Source: Azolla caroliniana (lineage: Eukaryota; Plantae; Polypodiophyta). Taken from it: a DNA stretch of 64,000 nucleotides. The notes below the pieces were generated by a model that did no database searches, was not told the origin of the DNA, and saw nothing but the letters and a program-made list of their open reading frames with translations. Positions 49,995 through 59,771 of this stretch are shown piece after piece (position 1 is the stretch's first letter; each line of letters opens with the position of its first letter). A program made the position numbers and the translations under genes. Location of the stretch: the NCBI GenBank assembly GCA_043228905.1, contig JBHGNT010000012.1, forward strand, positions 14,942,001-15,006,000, in the 5' to 3' direction.

Positions 49995-51955
49995 TTTCTT
50001 GAAGATAAGAAAATTGAAGACTGGAAGCAACAGAAATCGGAACCGACTCCCCAGTCAACCTCGACTACCATCGACTTAAGGCCAAATGTGTCGTCACCGG
50101 CAGCTGTAAGGAGATAACTGGCCGACAGAACCGAATCCGAGTCGGTCGACTCGGAAAGACCAACAAACTATGAGTCAAAGTTGACAGACCTGCGAAAATC
50201 AATTGAGGAATATGAGTTGGATCTGTCCAACTTAGAGATGTCGATTGATGAGTAGAATCTCGAGCAAAGAGAAGAGTTGGCAGAGACATCTGGAAAAGAG
50301 CCAACAGGGAGTGGATGAAGATACTCACTCAAAGAAAGGAAGGCACCGATTACATATGCCAGTCATTACATCCTCTTGACTGATGATGGTGAACCGGAGT
50401 GCTATGAAGAAGCCATTGCTGACAAGAGCAAAGGAAAATGGCTGAACGCGATGCAAGAGGAGATGGAATCCTTGCACGTGAACTACACCTATGACCTAGT
50501 AGAGCTGCCGAAAGGTAAGAGAGCACTCAAGAATAAATGGGTCTACAAGGTGAAGACTGGAGAAGTCGACAGCGAGCCCAGGTATAAAGCCCGCATAGTA
50601 GTGAAGGGTTTCCAACAGAGGAAGGGCGTTGACTTTGACGAAATATTCACACCAGTTGGGAAGATGACATCCATACGAACTATTCTGAGCATAGCGGCCA
50701 ACATGGATCTAGAGATCGAACAGTTGAATGTCAAAACCGCATTTCTGCACTGGGAGTTAGACGAAGAGATCTACATGCATCAACCCGAAGGCTTTGAAAA
50801 AAAAACGGAAAGAGAATCTGGTGTGTCGACTGAGGAAAAGCTTGTACGGATTAAAACAAGCTCCATGCGAATGGTACAAGAAATTCGAGTCCTTCATGGT
50901 GGAACATCGATTCTAGAAAACACAGGCCGATCATTGTGTGTTCGTCAAAAGGTACGAAAAAGGATATTTCTTGATTCTCTTGCTATATGTTGATGATATG
51001 TTGATAGTCGGTCAAGGCACAAGGAAGATTGGAAGCTTGAAGAAAGCTCTCGGCAAATCATTTGCCATAAAAGACCTTGGACCGGCAAAGCAAATCCTAG
51101 GAATGCACATAACCCGAGACAGAGCTCAGAAGGCACTATGTTGTCACAACAGAAGTATGTGACGAAGATCCTAGAGAGATTCAACATGTCAGATGCAAAG
51201 CCGGTCAGCTCCGTGTTGCCGGCAAATTCCAGATTAAATGCAAAGCAGTGTTTGAAAGGGCAATAGGAAAAGGCTGAGATGAAGAAGGTACCATATGCCT
51301 CGGCCGTTGGCAGTCTAATGTATGCTATGGTCTGTACGAAACCGAACATAGCATTTGCTGTAGGTGCAGTAAGCCGATATATGAGTAATCCAGGGAGAGA
51401 ACACTGGGTAGCGGTGAAGTGGATACTCAGGTACTTGAAAGGCACCTCAGAGGTGTGCCTAAGGTATGTTGTCGGAAAACCTATGCTGGAAGGTTTTACC
51501 GATTCGGACATGTCAGGAGATGCCGACTCGAGCCGATCCACGTCAGGATACGTGATGACCTATGCAGGGGGAGTAGTGTCGTGGCAATCACGACTGTAGA
51601 AGTCTGTAGCCTTGTCGACTACAGAGGCAGAGTATATGGCAGTGGTAGAGGCTGGAAAAGAGCTAATTTGGATGAGAAATTTTCTCACCGAAGTAGGCAT
51701 GGAGCAAAAGGAGTTCTTGCTTCACTGTGACAGCCAAAGTGCCATACACCTAGCCAAGAAGGCGGCATACCACTCCCGGACCAAGCACATACAGAGAAGG
51801 TATCACTGGTTGCGAGAGAGTCGAAGAAGGAGATTTTTCCCTTGTGAAGATCCATACCGACGACAATGGATTTGACATGCTGACAAAGAACCTGCCTATG
51901 GATAGACTCAGAGTCTGTTGACAAAATACAAGACTAACAGATTTCCTCCCACAGG

Positions 51956-53698
51956 TGTCAAGATTCGAACTCTTGACATGACCATGTTATAATCGAGTGT
52001 TATGTGTTAACCACACATCTAGCATATAATCATGTATATACTTCCTCATTGTAGGTTTTAGCAAGGATCATGTGCATAATTTCTCCCTCGTATTATTTAC
52101 ACTTGGCACATGCATGCGTACCTACTACCTACATGCTCTATTGTATCACATGCGTGCAACAGGTATGCATGCCACTTAGTATAAATAGTTGAGTTCACCT
52201 TGAAGGAATTCAAGGTGAACAACGCCAGTCATAGACATATCAATCTAGTATTGTCGTTTCGCCCATCTTCTCTCCTTAATCTTCATCTCTATCTTTATGC
52301 TCTTGTGTCATTCCTTCATCTCTCCGTTGTAGCCTCATCATCCGTGCTTCGTCTTAGTCCGCACTTGGTGTGTCCGTGACAGTTTGTTCACCTTCCAACT
52401 AGAAGCATCACCCGTCTCCGTCATCGCCCTTGCTTCTAGAGTTACCATCGTCACCGTACCATCATCAACATCGCTTCATTGTCTCTATTTTTTAGTTTCT
52501 CCTCATCATTGTCTCTATTTTTTAGTTTCTTTGCCGTTCGTGTTCGTGTTCGTGTTCTCGGTGAGGGCCGCACAAGGCCGCTCGCTCCCGTTGGTGTTGG
52601 TGTTCCAGTTCCCGATGAGGGCCGCACAAGGCCACTCACTCCCGTTGGTGTTTTGTGTTCCAGTTCCCGGTGAGGTTTGCACAAGGCCGCTCACTCCCGT
52701 TGGTGTTCGTGTTCGAGTTCCCTATGAGGGCCGCACATGGCCGCTCACTCCAACTATTGTTCGTGTTCCAGATCTTGGTGAGGACCAACATGGTCGCTCA
52801 TGCCCGTTGTTGTTCATGTTCTAGTTCCCGGTGAGGACCACACATGGTCGATTACTCCCGTTCGTGCTCTTGTTCCCGGTGAGGGCCATATGGTCGCTCA
52901 CTCGTTCGTGTTCCATTTCTCAGTGAGGACAACATGGTTGCTCACGACCATTGGTGTTCGTGTTCTAACTCTTAGCGAGGACTGTTCCAGTTCCCGGCAA
53001 GGACCCCACATGGTTACTCATGCCCCTTGGTGTTCATGCTCCCCGTGAGGACCACACATGGTCGCTCACACCCGTTGATATTTGTGTTCCAGTTCAAGGC
53101 CAGGACCACACATGGTCGCTCATGCCCATTGGTGTTAGATAACTCGTCTTGTGGAAGGGTTACTCCATGTCTAGGATTTACGAAATACTTTGGAGGTGAT
53201 CTAAGATTTTCATCAACAATATCCCCTTAAGACACCAAACAATTTGGGAAGGCATCGTTGGAGGGGGGATAATGTCAAGATTCGAACTCTTGACATGACC
53301 ATGTTATAATCGAGTGTTATGTGTTAACCACACATCTAGCATATAATCATGTATATACTTCCTCATTGTAGGTTTTAGCAAGCATCATGTGCATAATTTC
53401 TCCCTCGTATTATTTACACTTGGCACATGCATGCGTACCTACTACCTACATGCTCTATTGTATCACATGCGTGCAATAGGTATGCATGCCACTTAGTATA
53501 AATAGTTGAGTTCACCTTGAAGGAATTCAAGGTGAACAACGCCAGTCATGGACATATCAATCTAGTATTGTCGTTTCGCCCATCTTCTGTCCTTAATCTT
53601 CATCTCTATCTTTATGCTCCTGTGTCATTCCGTCATCGCTCCGTTGTAGCCTCATCATCCGTGCTCCGTCTTAGTTCGCACTTGGTGTGTCCATGACA
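51956..53698 (+). mobile_element. Non-coding TRIM-like LTR element (426-bp LTRs, about 890 bp internal region)
   Basis: LTRs 51956-52381 and 53273-53698 (about 10 substitutions by eye), TG...CA; TSD ACAGG; PPT GGAGGGGGGA at 53260-53269; no gag/pol motifs; no tRNA PBS. Confidence 0.93.
52554..53135 (+). repeat. About 54 bp tandem repeat (about 12 degenerate units) inside the TRIM
   Basis: Unit GTTCCCGGTGAGG(G/A)CC(G/A)CACA(A/T)GG(C/T)CGCTCACTCCCGTTGGTGTTCGTGTTCCA. Confidence 0.9.
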
Positions 53699-53996
53699 AC
53701 AGGATGATCTGACTGTTCAGAAAGCCGACAGTTGAAGAGTCAGAAAGTCGATTGTCGAAAAGCAGAAAACAGTGAGTCGACTATTTGAAAATTCGACTAT
53801 TATTATTATGGTAATAATAATGATGATGTCAGGAAACAGGTCTCTCCGGATGGGGAGAGAGAGGAGCCGAGTTGATAGGCCGAGGCCGAAACCGGAATCG
53901 TGTACATAGCCAACTCGGGAGACTATATTTGTAAATAGTCTGTGTGCGTCCCATGAGGGCTACATATGTAAATAGCCAGAAAAGTTGCGTAAGTAT

Positions 53997-55006
53997 CATG
54001 GTTGTTTACGTACCAATATTTAACGTTTAAATACGTATAGTACCTCATCATTTGTATAGTACGTACTATACCTCAATGTTGTTCTATCAAATATCATGTA
54101 CATTTGTCCAATACAGTATTTAACGTATTTATAAAAAAACAAGTATAATACGTATTTATAAAGAAAATGTAAGTAAAACCCCAACAAAAAGCAAAAGAAA
54201 GAAAATATTTTAATGAAAAAGAAGCCAAAGGAAGGACGAAAGAAGAATAGAAGAGACGACGATGAAGAAGATGAAGAAGATGAAGAAGATGAAGAAGATG
54301 AGAGAAAAGAAGAAGATAGAAGAAGAAGAAGAAGAAGAAAACTAAGAAAAGAGAAACCTATCATGAGTGTGATAATTGTAGACGATTCCTCAATCTATGA
54401 AGGCATAATTGTAAATAATTACAATTTGAAGTAGAACGTCGTGATACAAACTTACACTAATTTATAGAATAAGGGAATGTCGACATCCATATTGTGGTCT
54501 GCATGTGTTCCTTTGTGCCACCCTTTTAGCACACCCTTTTTAGGATGCATGTGCCTAAAATGACCCACCCTTTTAGCACACCCTTTTTAGCCAAGCCAAC
54601 CCAAATGGGTTCCGTTGTATCAACTATAAATTGATTAAGAAGTAAGAAGCTAAGTAGACTGGTTTTGATCTCTTATGTGCATTTCACAATATTACTACAA
54701 GTATTTTAGGATGTGAAATGTTCAAATGTCTTATATGCATTTTAGGATGTAGAACTATATTGTACATCACAAAATTGTGTAAACATATATGTTTTTTACA
54801 ATATTATAGATATTTTTTAGAAAGGTAAATAATTTTCAAATTCTAGAAGTATTTAACGTAGCATACGTAAAATATGTATTTTACGTATTTTATAAGTATT
54901 TAACACATTAAGAAAACGTATTTAACGTATTTTTAAATTGGGAGGTACTATACAGGTATTAATACGTTATATACGTATGGTATCCGTACCGTACCTAACA
55001 ACCTTG
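53997..55006. mobile_element. Non-autonomous hAT-type DNA transposon (MITE), copy 2
   Basis: 8-bp TSD GTAAGTAT (53989-53996 and 55007-55014); TIR CATGGTTGTT/AACAACCTTG; absent from the matching position of the 5' LTR (about 47230). Confidence 0.9.
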
Positions 55007-56545
55007 GTAAGTATATATGCAACTAGGAAAAACTTTAACAATGTGATAAACAAAGTAGAAACAGATAGTGTGCAATGTGAGGGAGAGAGACAGAGAGTGT
55101 GTGTGAGCCGTGCCATAGTTGTGTGAGTAACACCAGACGCGAAGAGCCCTGTGCGGCTGATACACTCGATAGAGTGTTGTATTCCTCTCGGTGTTGTATA
55201 TCCACTTTGTATAGTGAAGATTCTGCTCACCCGTGGTTTTCCCCGTTAATCTCTGTGTATACTTCTATTTATCTTGTCTTTCTCGCATCTCTGTAATTCG
55301 TATTTCAGCGCGTAGTTCGTTTATTGTGATCTATTCCGCATCGATTTCTCAACAATAGCTGCTATTCTTGATTCTAAGATTGTGCATTGATTGGGTAGGC
55401 TATCCTCCGAGTGATCACACTTGGAGTTGGGAACACGTCAATAATGTTTCTAATGCTCAAGCTCTCTTATCGACGACTTCCATCGCCGCTATCCAAACAA
55501 ACCGGGCCCTACATTGTTAACGCCGACTTCCACTCATTGTTCTCGAAGGGGAGATAGTGTCATGAATACATAAACATCATGGCTTGACCCTAAGTCCTTG
55601 TAATACATAATTAGCAACCCCACCATTAAGATAGCCCATGATCATATGAGATAATAAAAGCTACTTCTTGTAATACACTGATTATTGTAAATACTTTGTA
55701 ATATTCTAGAACATCTTAGAATACTTTGTAATATTCTAGAACATTCTAGAATATCCTAGAACATTATAGAAATCTCTAGGCTATTCTATGGGAACCTATA
55801 AATAAGGGCATACATGAACTCTCAAATCAATTCGAATCAACACCAGTCTTAAGCTCTCATCGGCTATCTTGTATCCATACTCATTCTACTTTAATACATT
55901 CATTCTTCTCTTATCATTTCATTCCTCTCTTCTTGTGATCTCTTTATACCTTTCTTCTGTCACTCTATCTTCTCTCTTGGTTGTGACAGAACCTTCAGGT
56001 TGCTGACATCTTCACTAAGGCCTTAGGAGTCGACAAACTCAAGCGATTTACATCGGACCTTGGTCTCACAATAGTTGCATTGTCGAGCTTGAGGGGCAGT
56101 ACAGTATCAGTCGAAGCCGAACAGTAACCAATCATTCGATCAAAGCTGACCAGAGGAGTCGAAGTATCATGATGAAAATCGAGTTGAACAAGGAGCTCAA
56201 AGCGATCGAATAGTCGAAGCCGATACGACCGACCATTAGGCCATAGAGCCGAAGAACTCAGAAAGCCGAAATGAAGCCGAACAACAAGACAACCTCTTTG
56301 ACGATCAAAAGTTGTGTTAGAAGGGGCATGTTGAGAATCGAACCCAACTTCCTGGATGAAGTGCTTTCACACTAGGCTAGTTTTGTAAATAATAGAAAGG
56401 GCAATTGCCCTAGACTAGTTGTTATTTAAACCAACCTTTTGTAACTTAGTATTATTGGATGTAATATTATTTTTACTAATATAACTTCTTGTTCTAATGT
56501 TTCTCTCTCTCTCTCTCTCTCTGCTTGTCTTATGTATACTCAGCA

Positions 56546-59500
56546 CCTAAACTGGCATGTGACTTCGTGTCCACTTGACACACATCGGTATACACCAGCT
56601 CCAGTGGTGGATTTCGTCTCATCGGTGCTCTTGACCGGAAGGAGGTTCGGTTTTGTTGGCCGACCAAGCAATCGGTGCACTTCTCAAGATGCACATCTTT
56701 CACCTCCGGAATGAGGTTATCTTCGGCAAGTCTTCCCATCCCCCTTTGGCTCATGTGACACAACGTCTTGTGCCATAGCTCACCGGCATTGTCGGATGCT
56801 ACGTTCACTTCTTCTTGGCATATCCGGGCATGCATCAGGTACAATGTGTTGATCTTCCAGGCTCGAGTCGCAATCAAACTTCCCTTGCCGAACTTCATGA
56901 CTCCGTTCCGGATGCTACCCGCGAAGCCTTTATCATCTAGCCGACCGGCTAATATCAAGTTCAACCGAACCTCCGGAACGTGTCGAACATCCTTCAGCAG
57001 CAACTTGCATCTAGTTGATGTCGTCAACAACACATCTCCTATGCCGATAATTTGGCAGGTTCCTTCATTCCCCATCCAGACACAACCGTGATCTCCGACT
57101 GTGTAGGATGAGAAGCATTTTTGGTTCGATGTCAAATGGAATGATGCTCTGGAATCGACAACCCACGTTGTCTCGTTTCCGACAAGGTTTAACTCATTCT
57201 CCTCAGTGATGAGCATCAATTCTTCTTCACTTGTCACCATTGCCAACGTTCCCTTCCGATCCGAGCCTTTCAGGTCCGAACCCTTCTTCAGATCGATGGT
57301 GTCGACCCCTTTCTCTTTCAGGAAATGCTGACAGTTCTTCTGGAAGTGCTCCTACTTTCTGCAATAAAAGCAAGTGGGCCTTCCCCTTGACTTCGACCTC
57401 GTCCCCAATTTTTCCCGGTTTTGGGGACTCCGATACTGGCCTCTTCCCCAGTTTTGATCATCTTCCATGACCAAGGCCTTCAAATCGTTTCCGGACTATC
57501 GGTCCTTCCGGCGAGCTTCTTCATCTAGCAAGTTTGATTTTACCCTTGTTAGGGACAACTGCTTTCCTTCTGGCCCGGCGTTGCCCAACATGACAACTAA
57601 CATCTCCCAACTATCCGGGAAGGAACCGAGTAGGAACAATGCGAGTACCTCATCCGCGAGAGGTACTTCCAACGAGGTGGCTTGGTGTATTGGCCCCTGG
57701 AAGGCATTCATGTGCTCCGCCATACTGGAGTCGTCTTGGTACTGGAGCCTTACTAACTTCCGGTGTCGTGACGTGGCTCGCCTAGAAGTGTAGCGTTGCG
57801 CACACAAAAGATAACGTGAAAGTGAGGAAGCAATCACAGGGATTATGGACGGAAGAGACGAAAGAGTAGAGATAGAGTGAATAGAGATCAATAAGATATG
57901 ACAAAATAGGATTTTTAAGGAATATAAGATAAGACAAGATAAGATATAAAATAATATATGAGAAAGTGTATGAAATTTATAATCATTTTCATGAAAGAAT
58001 TACAAAATGATTGTGCACGTCGTTGAACCTCCGAACTTTGTCTTGCAAGGTAATCGCTCTTCTCTTTCTTGATCGTAAACCACTACAATCTTCACTTCAA
58101 TATTTTGATGAAGATAAGGCTCGAACCGCCTCCCTCTTGTTGAGAGTTGACCACCACGACCGCCAAGCTAGAGCTCCACGTTTATGTTAAACTTCTTCCC
58201 TTCTTTCTCTATTTTTATGGTATCTCTTATGTAATACATAATTTGATTGATATCTCATACATATCCCTTCGATCTTCTCTTTCACCATTTAAATAGGTGC
58301 CCCCATGCATATAATGCATTGGAGGGTACAAGTCATGCATGTAGTGCATGAAATGCATGTGATGCATGATCGCCATTTGGCGTTCATGCATTACATGTGA
58401 TGCATGATAAACATCTCGCTCATTTGAGCTTTTATGTATGAAACAATATATTCAATAACAATAAACATGAAAACATAATCTTAAAGAGAAAGGGTCTAGC
58501 CTAATGGTAGGTGTGTTGACTTTAGTGTATGAGGTTGTGGGTGAGGGTTTGAGTCTCAAAATACTATTGAATACAACATACAACTTTATTTTTATATCAT
58601 GAAGCAAATCCTTTATGTAATATAAAGTATATATAAAGTATGCTTTATTTTATGTATATTACTAGTATAGAGTAAATGGTAAGATTTGAGAGTCATAGGG
58701 TGGGGTTATTGGTTCAAGTCCTCTCTTGTTCGTGTAATATAATATATTTATCTATATATATTATTTGTCTTTACATATATATAATATTATCATATGTGTT
58801 GTTAATATTATCTTTATATATAAAACATGATCAAATGTTATTTTAGTTACGTATTTATCTTATTGTAGACTTTTAATGTGAAGCTTTCGTTCTTCATGAC
58901 ACCGTAATACCGAAACCTAATTAACGACATTTTTGTTCTGGAACATGATGTCGATCTTCTCCCAGATTTCATGAGCCTTACTTTCTTCATTGAAGTTGTT
59001 GTACAGGCTCATGTCGATGAAGCACCAGATGTATGTTGTCATCTTCATGTGCATCACCTCTCATGTCGTGGCATCGATCTTGTCTGGTTTCTTGTCCCCG
59101 AACTGTACTGGCAACCAAAGATCTTTAATCACCAGCATGTCCCTCATCTTCAACTTCCACACTAAGTAGTTGGAGATGGTGAGCTTGAACATGCCACCGA
59201 GCAACTCTTCCATTTCCTATTTTGTTCGCTCTAATACCAGTTTGTGCGGAAATAAGGCTCGGCTACAACCGAATCTTCAACAAGGAATAGAAGAGAACAA
59301 ATTAAAAGCAGAGATGACACAGGATGTTTACTTGGAAAACCCTAAATAGGAAAAAACCACGGGAGCTCATACACTCCAAACTATCACTATATGAGAAAGG
59401 TACAATCAGAGACTCGGAGGCAACGACCTCGAGCTCTATGTCTTCGCTTGCCGACGGTTACAAAAAAATTGGTTTTGTATCTCGCTCTCTTTCTCTGTGT

Positions 59501-59771
59501 ACAACAACTCTATATCATCATCTACATAAAGTGATTGCCCTAAGTCATATTTATACTTAATTGACTTTTTGGCTATTTACAAATATAGCCTTAGTGGGCT
59601 TATCCTAACATATTTACAAATATGTCCTTGGATCCGGTTCACACCTGATCCATTCGGATTCACTGGTTCCGGTCTCCGAATCTTATCCAGAACCCTTCCG
59701 AATACGGCTCGTCCAATCTAGCTTCTCCGGTTCTCATCCGAATCCCATCCGGAGGGACCGAATTCCCAACA
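56546..59771 (-). mobile_element. 3'-truncated decayed Ty1/Copia element (5' LTR, PBS, gag, protease, start of integrase)
   Basis: LTR 59243-59771 begins (minus strand) TGTTGGGAATTCGGTCCCTCCGGATGGG, like copies 1 and 2; PBS complement GCTCTAATACCA at 59228-59239; WVVDSRASFHL, LWHKTLCH, LELVYTDVCQV. Confidence 0.9.
57764..58901 (-). mobile_element. Solo LTR (about 1.14 kb) inserted in Copia gag
   Basis: Termini TGTCGTGA...TCATGACA; host gag frame rejoins (VSVLR|KLVRLQY); flanks CCGG/CCGT; minus-strand TATA-like CTATTTAAA at about 58290; ATGCA-rich tract. Confidence 0.75.

Larger units (their letters stand above)
46936..55354 (+). mobile_element. Older Ty1/Copia element related to copies 1 and 2, with TRIM and hAT insertions
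   Basis: 5' LTR 46936-47594; PBS TGGTATTAGAGC; degenerate gag-pol about 47622-51950 (NYADWKIKMEDLL, WVIDSGAS, DNGGEY, LYVDDML, STTEAEY); 3' LTR about 53699-55354; TSD GTAGC/ATAGC (1 mismatch). Confidence 0.92.
42663..55988 (+). mobile_element. Decayed Tcn1/Tf1-like chromoviral Gypsy element B (RT region deleted)
   Basis: LTRs 42663-43111 and 55558-55988; TSD GAACC. Gag EPKISLPAKFDG, protease ALLDTGSNSCF, RNaseH IEADASDFA/EINYEVHDKELL, integrase MDFITDLP/HPQTDGQTER/GPF. Chromodomain EYEVA|AILDSK is split by a Copia insertion. PPT GAAGGGGAGA. Confidence 0.92.
40783..56545 (+). mobile_element. 5'-truncated decayed Ty1/Copia element (end of integrase, RT, RNaseH, 3' LTR), interrupted by Gypsy B
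   Basis: VVFDE at about 40785, QMDVNNAFLQG, YGLKQAPR, YFLGIEV, ADWAG. The frame resumes across the insert (HINKN|LQVADIFTK at about 55994). 3' LTR about 56329-56545 (TGTTGAG...CTCAGCA) after AGAAGGGG. Confidence 0.85.

Noticed and set aside
52554-53135. Possible CRISPR-like array (regular units of about 54 bp)
   Set aside because: The units are whole degenerate tandem copies with no unique spacers, there are no cas genes, and the context is a eukaryotic LTR element.
54020-54434. Acidic/basic low-complexity ORFs (DEEDEE, SSSS)
   Set aside because: The GAA-rich interior of the hAT MITE; the homologous tract in copy 1 differs in length and content, and no transposase motifs are present.
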